Assembly: GCA_963759135.1 (NCBI GenBank)
Contig: CAVWXU010000016.1
Coordinates: 146,998 to 210,997 of the forward strand
DNA length: 64,000 nucleotides
DNA from: an uncultured Chloroflexia bacterium
Lineage (GTDB): Bacteria; Chloroflexota; Limnocylindria; Limnocylindrales; CSP1-4
Reading direction: 5' to 3'
In this document: positions 19,293 through 31,965 of the stretch, one piece after another
Position numbering within the stretch: position 1 is the first letter of the stretch
Layout of the letters: every line of letters begins with the position of its first letter
The notes under the pieces: generated by a model
Told to the model about the DNA's origin: nothing
Databases searched by the model: none
The model's input: only the letters and a program-made list of their open reading frames with translations
Position numbers and translations under genes: made by a program

Positions 19293-22200
19293 ATGCCGCG
19301 GTACGCCGAGCTCCACTGTCACACCGAGTTCTCGTTCCTCGACGGCGCGTCGTCCGCCGACGGCCTCGTCGATCGTGCGGCGCAGCTCGGCATCGGGGCG
19401 CTCGCGGTCACGGACCACCAGGGCCTGTACGGCGCGGTCCGGTTCGTCACCGCGGCCCAGGCGGCGGATCTCCACCCCGTCGTCGGCGTGGAGATCGAGC
19501 TGCTCGATGCGGCGGCTCCGGATCCGCAGGGGATCGTGGTGCCGGCGCGGCGTCGTGGGCGGGCGCTGCCGCCGACCCGGACGGCGTGGGAGCCATGGGA
19601 CGCGGGCGCCTCGGGAATCGAGGGACCGGCGACCGGGCGCGAGGCGGGAGCGGGTGGCCGGCCCGGACGGATCGAGTCGGGACGCCCCGTCCGTCCCCGG
19701 GCCGATCGCCTCCGTCTGCCGGGACACCGGGATCCGGTGCGCGAGGACCTGCGCGCCGTGGGCGACGGCCAGCGCGGCCCGCATCTCGTGCTGCTCGCGC
19801 GCGACCAGGCCGGGTACCGCAGCCTCTCGCGGCTGGTCAGCGCGGCGAACCTCGCCGGCTCCAAGGGCGTGCCGCGGTTCACGCATGCGCTGCTCGAGCG
19901 TCACGCGGAGGGGATCGTGGCGCTCTCCGGGTGCCGGCATGGGGAGATCGCACGCCGGCTCCTGGCGGGCGATCGGGAGGGCGCGGCGCGGGTCGCGGAG
20001 CGTTACGCGCGGCTGTTCGGCGGGAGTAGGCGGCTGGCGGCGGCGGGAGCATCGGCGGTCTCCAGGCGCGACGTGTCCGCGGTGGCATCGGCGGATTCGT
20101 CCTCGAGCTCCAGCACCACCTCCTGCCGGACGACGACTGGCTCGTGGCCGAGACGGTGCGGCTGGCCCGGGAGCTCGGCCTCCCGGTTGCCGTCACGAAC
20201 GACGTCCACTACGCGTTCCCCGAGGACCGCGAGCTGCAGGACGTGATGGTCGCGATCCGCCACGGCCTGACGCTCGACGAGAGCGCCCACCTGCGCCGTC
20301 CGAACGGCGAGTTTCACCTGAAGTCGGCAAGCGCTCTGCTCGCGCTGCCGCCGAACGACGCGGACGCGGATCCCGGGATCCGGCGGGCCTGGGCGGAGGG
20401 GATGACGACCGCGGCCGAGCTCGCCGACGCCTGCCGGGTCGACCTCGGGTTCGAGCAGTACCGGTTCCCCGGGTTCGAGGTTCCGAAGGGCGAGACGTCG
20501 TTCAGCCACCTCGAGGCGCTCTGCCACGAGGGAGCGCGGAGGAAGTACCACCCGCTCACTCCGCGCGTGCTCTCGCAGCTCGCTCACGAGCTCGACGTGA
20601 TCGAGCGGACGGGGCTCGCCGAGTTCTTCCTGATCTGCTGGGACGTGATGCGGTTCGCCCGGGAGCGCGGCATCCCGGCACAGGGGAGGGGGAGCGCGGG
20701 CGACTCGATCGTCGCGTACGTGCTGGGGATCACGCGGGTCGACCCCATCCGTCACAACCTCCTGTTCGAGCGGTTCATCAACGAAGGACGCACGAGCTAC
20801 CCGGACGTGGACATCGACTTCGCGTCGTCGCGGCGCGAGGAGGTGATCCGGTACGTCTACGACCGGTACGGCCCCGAGCACACCGGCATGGTCTGCAACG
20901 TGATCACGTACCGGGCGCGGTCGGCGGTGCGCGAGGTGGGGTACGCGCTGGGGTTCCCGAGGCCGCTGGTCGATCGGGTGGCGAAGGCGCTCGAGACGTA
21001 CGACTCCGCGATGGTCCGGCGCGACCTGGAGGTGGAGGGGGGCTTCGCGGAGTTCTTCGCTCCGGCGCAGACTGCCGGCGACCCGGGAACGGTGGAGCGG
21101 CCGGCCGCCGGGCCGGACGAGATGGACCAGCTCAACCATGCGCGCGGCGGGCGCCGGCGGCGGTCCACGCCCGACGACGAGGGCGGTCCCGGCGACACGC
21201 CGGTGAGCGTCGCGTGGCTGCGGGCGGAGCGCGAGCACGGCCCGGCATCCGGGCGCGGGCCGGGCACCACCGTCGGCCTGTCGCCGTGGGAGCGCTGGCT
21301 CGAGCTCTGCGCGCGGATCGACGGCCGCCCCCGGCACCTCGGCATCCACGTCGGCGGCATGCTCGTCACCGCCGCCCCTCTCGTCGAGATCGCGCCCCTG
21401 GAACGCGCGACCATGCCCGGCCGCGTCGTCGTCCAGTTCGACAAGCGCGACGTCGAGACGATGAAGCTGATCAAGCTCGACCTGCTCGGCCTGCGCATGC
21501 TCTCGGCGATGGACGACGCCCTGCGCGACGTCACCGCCGACTGCGGCGTGGCGCTCGACCTGGATCGGTTGCCCGAAGACCTGCCGGACGTCTTCCGCAT
21601 GATCCGCGCCGCCGACACGACCGGCGTCTTCCAGATCGAGTCGCGGGCGCAGATGCAGACGTTGCCGAAGTCCGCGCCCACGACCCTCGACGACCTGGTG
21701 GTCGAGGTGGCGATCATCCGGCCCGGCCCGATCCAGGGCAACGCCGTGCATCCGTACCTGCGTCGGCGCCAGGGGATCGAGCCCGTCTCGTACCTCCACC
21801 CGAGCCTCGAGCCCGTCCTGCGCGAGACGCTCGGCGTGATCCTGTACCAGGAGCAGGTCATGGAGATCGCCATCCGGGTCGCCGGGTTCAGCGCCGCCGA
21901 GTCGGACGGGTTCCGGCGGGCCATGGGCACGTGGCGCTCCAGCGGCGAGATGGAGAAGCTTCACCGGCGGTTCGCGGACGGGTGCCGGGACGTGAGCGGC
22001 CTGGCGGACGAGCAGGCGGAGGAGCTGTTCCGGCAGGTCGCCGCGTTCGCCAGCTTCGGCTTCAACAAGAGCCACGCGGCCGCATTCGCCCGGACGGCGT
22101 ACGAGTCGGCGTTCCTGAAGCTCTACTACCCGGCGCAGTTCACGGCGGGGCTCATCAACAACCAGCCGATGGGCTTCTACCCGGTCGAGGTGCTGGTCAA

Positions 22201-23182
22201 CGACGCGAAACGCCACGGGGTGGCGGTCCTGCCGGTCGACCTGAACCGAAGTCGCTACCGCACGATGACCGAGTGGGTGGGCATGCCGGGCGAGCCGCTG
22301 CCCCCGGGGTGCGGGATCGAGCGGCGTCCGCGCGTGGTTCGATCGTCGGGGTGCGTGATGCCCGACGCCCGCACGCGCCGGCAGCTGGCGGCCGAATCGG
22401 CGCAGGGGTACGGGATCAGGCTCGGGTTGCACCTGGTGAAGGGCATCGGCGAGGAACACGCGGAGGCACTGGACGGAGAGCTGGAGCGCGGTCCGTACCG
22501 TTCGCTGGCCGACGTGGTGGCACGGACCGGGCTCGCCGAGGAAGTGATCGAGCGGCTGATCCGGGCGGGCGCGCTCGACTCGCTGGGCCGGCCGCGCCGG
22601 GAGTTGCTCTGGCAGCTGCGCGAGGTGGCGGCGTCGACGGGTCGGGAGAGGCGGACCGACCGACGGGTCGAGGCCCGGGTCCTCGATCTCCGGCTGCCGC
22701 CGACCGACGCGCCCGACCTGCCCCCGCCCACCGAGGTCGAGAGGCTGGCCGACAGCTACGCCATCCTCTCGCTCGACGCGCGCCGGCAGGTGATCGAGCT
22801 GTTCCGCCCGGCGCTGGACCGGCTCGGCGTGACCCCCAACGCACGTCTCTCGGACCTGCGCCCGGGCCCCGTCCGGATCGCCGGCCTGGTCGTGACCAGG
22901 CAGCATCCCATGACCGCGCGGGGCACCGTCTTCCTGGCGCTCGAGGACGAGACGGCGATGGTCAACGTCACGCTGTGGCCCGACCAGTGGAACCGCTTTC
23001 GCTCAACGGTGCGACGGCACGCGCTCCTGCTGGTCGATGGCGATCTCCAGCGGGAGGCGAGCGTCGTGAACGTGGTCGCGCGCGAGGTCCGCGCACTGCC
23101 GGACGTCGCGCGGGCCGCCGGGGGCCCCGAAACTCCGGACGGCATCCGCCCCCAGGGCTACACGGGCATGCGGCGAGGCTGA
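19293..23182 (+). CDS. dnaE2: error-prone DNA polymerase III alpha DnaE2/ImuC; frameshift near 20030-20090
   Basis: PHP YAELHCH..FSFLDGAS, GRGS, PDVDIDF, KLDLLGL, FQIESRAQ, FNKSHA, NNQPMGFY, C-terminal OB fold (LEDE). Confidence 0.92.
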
Positions 23183-23184
23183 GC

Positions 23185-23883
23185 TCAGCGCGCGCGCTTC
23201 GGCTCGGGTCGCCTGGCCTCGCGCCGCTGGGCACGCTTGCGTGCCTCGGCGGCCTCCCGGCTGCGCGCCTGCGACCGGCGGAGGAAATCCCGGTACCAGA
23301 ACGCGAACCAGCCGAAGACCGCGCCGGTCAGGACGAACTGGACGGCCTGCCAGGCGGAATACACGACGCGCTGCGTCGCGTCCATCGTGTCCAGCGATCC
23401 GAACATGCCGACCAGGCCCAGGGCGAGCACCGTGAACAGCACCGACGCCATGATGCCCAGGATCGCGCCGAACATGTACGCGCCCCGCGGAGCCAGGAAG
23501 CCGACGGCGAAGAACAGCAGCGTCGGCTGAAGGAACGCGAGCTGGATGTACAGGGACACGAGGCCGCTGCTGCCGCCGACCTGGCCCTTCGGAAGCGCGA
23601 CCGCGGCCGCGGCGGCAACCAGCAGCAGTGCGTAGGGGAGGAGGATCAGGGGCTGCGCGCGGGTCACGGCCGGGATGGCCCGCAGGTCGGCGCGCACGTC
23701 GGGTCTGTGCATCCGCCCGATGGCCCGGCGCGCGCTCTCCGCCAGCGAAGTCGCGGGCGCTGCCGGAGCGGACGAGGCCGTGCGCACGTCGTCGGTCACC
23801 GCCGCCTGCTCCGCCTGCTCCGCCTGCGTCGCGCGGTAACGCCGTCGAGCCTCGGCGCGCTCGGTCCTCTTTGCGCGTGCCAA
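23185..23883 (-). CDS. hypothetical membrane protein
   Basis: AAAGGAG RBS + TTG at 23883; basic N-terminus, 4 TM segments, basic C-terminus. Confidence 0.75.
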   Translation of the reverse strand: MARAKRTERAEARRRYRATQAEQAEQAAVTDDVRTASSAPAAPATSLAESARRAIGRMHRPDVRADLRAIPAVTRAQPLILLPYALLLVAAAAAVALPKGQVGGSSGLVSLYIQLAFLQPTLLFFAVGFLAPRGAYMFGAILGIMASVLFTVLALGLVGMFGSLDTMDATQRVVYSAWQAVQFVLTGAVFGWFAFWYRDFLRRSQARSREAAEARKRAQRREARRPEPKRAR

Positions 23884-24078
23884 CGGTCGACTCCTTTGCT
23901 GCGCGGCTGGTCGCTGGCGCGAGGTCGGCGGCACCCGCGCGCGCTCGGGTGATCCGGGGCGACGGTGCTCGGCCGGTTCCGTGCATGGTACGCCGAAGGC
24001 GGCGGTAAGCGGCGGTGGATCCGCGGTAGAGGGCGATGGGCTACAAGGGCGCCACCGCCGGCTCCCGGAGGTGCAGCC

Positions 24079-27000
24079 ATGGATCGCCCGACCAGTCGCC
24101 ATCGCAGTCGCTTCCCGCGCGGAGCGCTCGTCTCGAGCGCGGTGCTCGTGCTCGCCCTCAGCGGCCTCGCGATGGGAGCCGCTTCCCCGGCGTCCACGCC
24201 CACCTGGCCGCCGTCGGCGTCGCTCCTCGTGAGCGAGGTCGCCACGGGCGGCGCCAGCGCGTCCGACGAGTTCATCGAGCTGTACAACGCCGGCGCGCAG
24301 CCCGCGGATCTCGCGGGCCTGGAGGTCGCCTACGTGACCTCCACGGGCGGAACGGTGACGCGCAAGGCCGCCTGGACGGCGTCCATCACCGTGGGTGCCG
24401 GCCGCCACGTCCTGCTTGCCAACACGTCCGGCGCGTACGCACCCGGAGCAGACGCCACGTACTCGGGCGGGCTCTCGGCCACCGGCGGGACCGTGGTGCT
24501 GCGCCCGACGGGCGGGGCCCCGATCGACGCGGTGAGCTGGGGTGACGCGGCGAACGGCTACGTCGAGGAAGTCCCCGCCGCGGCACCGCCGGCATCGTCG
24601 AGCATCGAGCGGCGACCCGGCGGGCTGGACGGCAACTGGCGCGATACGAACGACAACTCCACGGACTTCGTGGTCTCGGCGGCGCCCACGCCCCAGCGGT
24701 TGACGGATCCGCCGGTCGGGCCGCCCACCCCGACGCCCACACCGACGGCGTCGCCCACCGAGGAGCCAACGCCATCGCCAGGCCCCTCGGGGTCGCCATC
24801 GCCGACGCCGGAACCGACCGTCTCTCCGACGGCCGAGCCCACCGAACCTCCGACGGCCGAGCCGACCGCGCCTCCGACTGCCGAGCCGACGCCCACGCCC
24901 GCACCGACCCCTACACCATCGCCGGCCCCCACCCCGACGCCGACGCCCACGCCCACCCCGACGCCGACGCCCACCCCGGCCCCCACGCCGACGCCTACCC
25001 TTACGCCGGCGCCGCCCTCCCCAATTGCCGCCGTGCGCGCGCTGGCAGACGGGCAGCCGGCAACCATCGCCGGCGTGCTCACCACGCCAGCCGGCTTCGT
25101 GGAATCGGGGCTCGAAGCCTTCGTCGAGGACGAGTCGGGCGGCATCGCCATCCACCTCACCACCACGTGGCCCGCCTTGGCCATCGGCGACGGCGTGCTG
25201 GCCCGCGGCACGCTCGACACTCGCTACGGTCAGCGCATCCTTCGCGTCGCCTCGGCCTCTGACCTCGAACCCGCGGTCGCGCGAGCGCTCCCCTCCGCGC
25301 CGGCCATCGCCACGGGTGACGCGCGCGAGGCGTGGGAAGGGCGCCGCATCCGCGTCGACGGCGTGGTCCTCTCCGGCCGGACGACGCTCGCCGACGGCTT
25401 CGGCGTGGACGTGGACGACGGCACCGGGCCCGTCAGGGTCGTGGCCGTCGTGGCCAGCGGCGTCAGCTCCGGCGACCTGCCCACGGGCAGCCACGTCGTC
25501 GTCACGGGCGTCCTCGGGCAGCACAATTCCGGGAGTTCGGGTGCGTCCGGGTACCGTCTCTACGTTCGGGACCGTTCCGACGTGGTCGTCGTTCCCGACC
25601 CTACGCCCAGCCCGTCACCGACGCCCGATCCCAGCCCTTCGCCAAGCCCCGAGCCGTCCGCGAGCCCCTCTCCGAGTGACAGCCCCACGCCGACTCCGAG
25701 CCCCTCGGCAAGCCCCAGCCCATCGCCGTCGCCAGCTCCGCCGGCCGCCATCGGGTCGGTCCGCAGACTGGCGCTCGGGACCGCGGTCACCGTCGAAGGC
25801 GTTGTCACCTCGGGCACCGGCGGCATCCTCGACATGCGGACCGTGGCGGTCCAGGACGCGACGGGCGGGATCCTGGTGCTCCTGCCCGTGCGAGACGCAC
25901 CGATCCTCGCGCGCGGCGATCGCGTCGTTGCGACCGGCAAGCTCGCGTCGCGCTCGGGCGCACTCCAGGTCAGCGTCGGATCGGCGACCGGCGTCCGCAT
26001 CGTGGGCGTCGAGACGCTCCCGGTCCCGCGACTCGTGGCGTCGAGCGACCTCGGCGAGGCCGTCGAAGGGCTCCTCGTGCGCGCCACCGGATCCGTCACG
26101 CGCCTGACGCGGGCCACGTCCGGCTCGACGACGCTCGCGGTGTCCGACACGAGTGGCAGCCTGACCGTTTCATGCTGGCAACCGTGCGCCGCCGACGCGG
26201 CACGAGGCGCACGTGTCGAGGTGACCGGCATCGCCGGCCAGCTCTGGTCGCGCTCCGGCGCCGCCGATGGCTACCGGATCTGGCCGCGCGACGAGTCCGA
26301 CGTCCGGGTTCTCGAATCCACCGACGGCGGGGGCGCCACCCCTGGCCCCGGCAGCTCTCCGACGCCTCCGCCCGGAGTCGTGACGATCTCCTCGGCCAAG
26401 TCGAGGGCCGGAGTCGTCCTGACCGTCGAGGCGGTCGTCACGACCGCCCCCGGGTTCATCGACCCGGATCCTCGGCGAGTCGTCGTCCAGGATGCCAGCG
26501 GGGGGATCCTCGTGCGGCTGCCGTCGGACGCTGCCCCGGTCGCGCTCGGCGACAGGCTGCGCGTGACGGGCCGCGTGGGGACGCTCGGTGGCGCGCCGCA
26601 GTTGGCGGCGACCGCCGTGGCCGTCCTCGGCCACGGCACCCCGGCGTCCGCGTCGGCCCTCACCGTCGCCCCCGCGAAGGCGGACGAGTGGCGTCTGGTC
26701 AGAGCCGACGGCCGGGTGCAGACGGTGCGACGGTACGGGTCGACGTGGCGCGCCGAGGTCCGTCTCGCCGGGGGCGCCATCGTCCCGATCCAGGGAATCA
26801 GCCGAAGCGGCATCCCATCGACGGCGCTCGTCGAGGGTCGTGACGCGACGGTCACCGGGATCGTGCGCCGACCGTCGAGCGGCGCCGCCGATCAGCGGCT
26901 CGCGGTCGTGCCCCGGTCGCCCGCCGACATCGCGCTTGGGCCCGGCGCAGGCGTGGCGTCCTCCGCGGGGAGTGTCGCCGCCGGCACCGGTGGCGTCACG

Positions 27001-27658
27001 TCCGTTCGAGGCGCGCAGCCTGCGACCGCCGGCCAGGCCGGCCTGTCGGGGGGCACCGGCGCGATCGCCGGCATCGACGTGGACCTGGCCGACATCGGGG
27101 CCCACCTCGGCGAGCTCGTTCGGGTCGGTGGGTCGGTCGCGGCGACGCGAGTCGACGGCGTGACCCTCGACGACGGAACGGGCCAGGCCGATGCCCGGTT
27201 CGTTGGCGAGGCCGGCGCGCTGCTCGACTCGATCGAGCCAGGCGACGTGCTGAACGTCACGGGCACCGTCGCACGGACAGGAGACGCGGCGCCTGCCGTC
27301 GTCGTCAGCGATCCCGCCGGCATCTCGCGAGTCGGTCGGCTGGGCGAGAGCGTCCCCATCGCCGCCGCGTCGAGCCCGGGCACCCCCGGCACAGCGCTCG
27401 GGCCTGGCGAGGACGGCGCGGACGCCGGCCTGCGCGAGGTACGCGAGTTGCGCCTGGGGCCCGTTGCGATGGCGATGCCGACCGGGCTCTCGGACTGGGT
27501 GCTCTGGCGGCATCCTGGCGCTGCTCCTTGCCGGCTCGGTCGCAGCCGTCCTCGCGGGCCGCCGGCTCGGCGCGAACCGGCGAGAACAGGTGGGCAAGGG
27601 CCTGGTGGACCGCCTTGGCCGGCTCCTCGCTGCGCCGACCACGGAGGCGCACCACTGA
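24079..27658 (+). CDS. large secreted/surface protein: lamin-tail domain, Pro/Thr/Ser linkers, repeated OB folds, C-terminal TM (frameshift near 27500)
   Basis: GGAGG RBS, signal peptide, LLVSEV...DEFIELYN (LTD), repeated V.G.VT...VQDxxGGI and V.V.G OB-like modules; TM in alternate frame 27464-27658. Confidence 0.82.
24715..25020 (+). repeat. coding low-complexity PT/TAEP repeat linker
   Basis: (PT)n and PTAEPT repeats; a second PS-rich linker lies at about 25595-25745. Confidence 0.85.
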
Positions 27659-28028
27659 CAGCCATGGCGAGGAAGGAGCCGCCCTGGTGACAGACTCGAG
27701 GAGTCCGCCCACGCCCGGCGCTCTCACCGTCGGCCTTCGGGCGCGCCCGTGCGCAACCATCCGGCGGCAGCACAGCCCCGGCCGCGGCTCGCCTCGAGCC
27801 GTGGCCGGGGAACCGGGTGTCAGGGGCGGCCCGCGCGCGGCGGCGCTCGTCGCATGCCGGCGTGCCCGCACACACGCCCGAGCGCGCTGTCCGGCGTGCT
27901 GGCCGTACTCACCGAGGTGCTTGCCGTACACGCCGACGTGCTGGCTCGCTTGACGCTCGTGTTTCCGCTTCTCTATGCTCGGCGGCAACTCCGCGGTTCG
28001 TGGCGGAGGCGGCACGAGGAACGTTGAC

Positions 28029-28883
28029 TTGCCGACCGCGGATCCCCGGGTGGCGCTGCCCGACACGGAGCGCCAGTACCACATCGACCTCGCCCCCGGC
28101 GAGGTCGCCGAGTACATCCTTCTTCCGGGCGATCCCGATCGCATCGACGCCATCGCATCGAGATTCGACACGATCGAGGTCAGGCGCCGCCACCGCGAGT
28201 TCGTGAGCGTCACCGGCACGCACCGGGGAGTGCGGGTGTCGGCGGTCTCGACGGGCATCGGCGCGGACAACGTGGAGATCGTGGTGCCCGAGATCCTGGC
28301 CCTGACGTCGCGCCCCACGTTCATCCGCGTGGGGTCCTGCGGCGTTCTCCGCGAGGACATCGGCATCGGGGACCTGGTGGTCACGTCGGGAGCCGTTCGG
28401 CTGGAGTCGACCACCGCCTACTACGTGCACGAGGGATACCCTGCCGTTGCGGACTACGGCGCCGTGGCCGCGCTGCTCGAGGCCGCGGCCCGGTGCAGGA
28501 AGCGGGCTCACCTCGGCATCACGGCGACCGCCCCGGGGTTCTACGGCGCGCAGGGACGGCCCGTACCTCGGCTGCCGATCCGGTACCCGGATCTCGCCGA
28601 GGAGATGCGTCGACAGGGCGTCGTGAACTTCGAGATGGAAGGCTCGGCGCTCCTCGTGCTCGCCGGGCTTGCCGGGTGCCGGGCAGGCGTGGTCTGCACG
28701 GCGTTCGCGCAGCGGACGACGGGAGAGTTCCTGCAGGGGGAGGCGAGGGAGCGAGCGGAGTCCGACTGCATCGACGTGGGCCTCGAGGCCCTGATGATCC
28801 TGTCCGAGATGGACCGCCAGGTCCGCGAGGCGGGAGCGACGCGCTGGCGCCCAGGACTGTGGTCCGCGGGTTCCGGCGCATGA
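28029..28883 (+). CDS. udp: uridine/nucleoside phosphorylase (PNP_UDP family)
   Basis: QYHI, LPGDPDR, REF, STGIG, IRVGSCG, FYGAQGR, NFEME. Confidence 0.88.
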   Translation: MPTADPRVALPDTERQYHIDLAPGEVAEYILLPGDPDRIDAIASRFDTIEVRRRHREFVSVTGTHRGVRVSAVSTGIGADNVEIVVPEILALTSRPTFIRVGSCGVLREDIGIGDLVVTSGAVRLESTTAYYVHEGYPAVADYGAVAALLEAAARCRKRAHLGITATAPGFYGAQGRPVPRLPIRYPDLAEEMRRQGVVNFEMEGSALLVLAGLAGCRAGVVCTAFAQRTTGEFLQGEARERAESDCIDVGLEALMILSEMDRQVREAGATRWRPGLWSAGSGA

Positions 28884-28961
28884 GTGTCGGATCAGGCGGC
28901 GACCACCGGCGTTGTCGGAGGGCGTCACGAGTGCCGGATCAACCGGAGAGAGGAGTACCCA

Positions 28962-29102
28962 ATGGCTGAGGCGTACTGCGTCAAGTGCAAGGCCAAGCGT
29001 GAAGTCAAGAACCCCGAGCAGATCACCATGAAGAACGGCAAGCACGCCCTCAAGGGCACGTGCCCCGTCTGTGGAACGAGCGTCTTCAAGATCGGCGGCT
29101 GA
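28962..29102 (+). CDS. small Lys-rich double-CxxC zinc-ribbon protein (DUF5679-like)
   Basis: MAEAYCVKCKAKRE...KGTCPVCGT; strong GAGGAG RBS. Confidence 0.85.
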   Translation: MAEAYCVKCKAKREVKNPEQITMKNGKHALKGTCPVCGTSVFKIGG

Positions 29103-29125
29103 GGCCTCGACCCCGCGATCCGCGT

Positions 29126-29150
29126 AGGCCCCGGCTTCGGCCGGGGCCTT
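29126..29150 (+). terminator. hairpin terminator candidate
   Basis: AGGCCCCGGC-TTCG-GCCGGGGCCT followed by a short T tract. Confidence 0.65.
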
Positions 29151-29594
29151 CGCATGCCCAGCCTCGCCGCCCGACCTTGCGGTCGGGCGCGGCCACCCCG
29201 CGGTCGGGCGCGCCGCCCGACCTGCGGTCTGGCGCCGGGTAGCACGTGCACATGGGGCCGTCCGGGCCGATCTGGCCACCGGGCCGGTTGGTACAATCGC
29301 TCTGCGATGGAGAACGGGCAGACGGCACCAGGCTCGCATCCGGGTGCGTCGGCCGCCGGCGTCGGTGCGGGAAGCGTCCCGAGATGCGCGGCGTGCCCCG
29401 ACTCCACCGTTCACCCAGCCATCAGCCTCGGCATCCCGGTGGCCTGAGCCGCCTGGGAGAGCCGTCCTGTCGGGGGCGCCGCAGAGCTCGCGGGCGGCCG
29501 CAGAGCCCGGGGGCGCCGCAGAGCCCGGGGCCGCGAGCCCCATGCCACGCCATCGATGCGCCCGCGTCGGCGGGCTCCAGTGAGGTACCGCACC

Positions 29595-30602
29595 ATGACC
29601 ACTCGCGTCGGGATCAACGGGTTCGGCCGCATCGGGCGGCAGGCGCTCAAGGCCATCATCGAGCGCGCGCCCGACCTGGAAGTCGTCGCGGTCAACGACA
29701 TCGTGGACGTCGCCACGAACGCGCTGCTCTTCAAGCACGACTCGACCTACGGGGCGTACTCCGGCTCGGTGTCGCACACGGACGACGCCATCGTCGTCGA
29801 CGGCCGAACGATCAGGAGCCTGATGGTGACGAACCCGGCCGAGCTCCCGTGGCGCGACCTCGGCGTCGACATCGTCATCGAGTCGACCGGCAGGTTCACG
29901 GACGGCGACAAGGCCCGCGCGCACATCGATGCCGGTGCAAAGAAGGTCATCATCTCGGCGCCGGCCAAGAAGGAGGACGTCACGCTGGTGCTCGGCGTCA
30001 ACGAGCAGGCCTACGACCCGGCCGCCCACGCGATCATCAGCAACGCCAGCTGCACCACGAACTGCCTCGCGCCGATCGCCAAGGTCCTCAACGACTCGTT
30101 CGGCATCGAGCGGGGCCTGATGAACACGATCCATAGCTACACCAACGACCAGCGCATCCTGGACGTCGCCCACAAGGATCCCCGCCGCGCCCGCTCTGCC
30201 GGGCTCAACATCATCCCGACGACCACGGGCGCCGCCAAGGCGCTCTCGCTGGTGATCCCCGAGCTCAAGGGCAAGCTGGACGGGTTCAGCCTGCGGGTGC
30301 CGACCCCGACCGTGAGCGTTGTCGACCTGACCGTCGACCTCGCGAAGGAAACCACGGTCGAAGAAATCACCGCCGCGTTTCGCGCGGCCGAAGCCGGCCC
30401 GATGCAGGGGATCCTCGGCGTGAGCGACGAGCCGCTCGTCTCGACCGACTTCAGGGGGGACCCCCGGTCCTCGATCGTCGAGGCGGCGTACACCCTGGTC
30501 ATCGGCGGCCGGTTCGCCAAGGTCCTGGGCTGGTACGACAACGAGTGGGGCTACAGCTGCCGCGTCGCCGACCTGGCCACGTTCGTCGCAGCGCGCCTGT
30601 AG
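29595..30602 (+). CDS. gap: type I glyceraldehyde-3-phosphate dehydrogenase
   Basis: [28 protein letters not shown]. Confidence 0.97.
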   Translation: MTTRVGINGFGRIGRQALKAIIERAPDLEVVAVNDIVDVATNALLFKHDSTYGAYSGSVSHTDDAIVVDGRTIRSLMVTNPAELPWRDLGVDIVIESTGRFTDGDKARAHIDAGAKKVIISAPAKKEDVTLVLGVNEQAYDPAAHAIISNASCTTNCLAPIAKVLNDSFGIERGLMNTIHSYTNDQRILDVAHKDPRRARSAGLNIIPTTTGAAKALSLVIPELKGKLDGFSLRVPTPTVSVVDLTVDLAKETTVEEITAAFRAAEAGPMQGILGVSDEPLVSTDFRGDPRSSIVEAAYTLVIGGRFAKVLGWYDNEWGYSCRVADLATFVAARL

Positions 30603-30674
30603 CAGCAGCCCGAACCGCCCGGGGCCGCGCGAGCCGGCTGTCGCGTCGCTCGAGGCGCACACGAGAGGACTCCG

Positions 30675-31874
<1,200 letters not shown>

Positions 31875-31965
31875 GGCACCGTAGCGGGCACGTCCCGCAC
31901 ATACCCGTCATCATCACGAGGGCACGGCACCAGTCCGTGCTCTCGTGGCGATTCCCGGAGGGCCA

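Noticed and set aside
19500-22400. Inteins in DnaE2
   Set aside because: Insertions are short and lack N-terminal Cys/Ser blocks and His-Asn termini
29370-29500. 6S RNA
   Set aside because: Only a vague 5' resemblance; no clear closing stem or central bubble, so kept only as a generic structured leader
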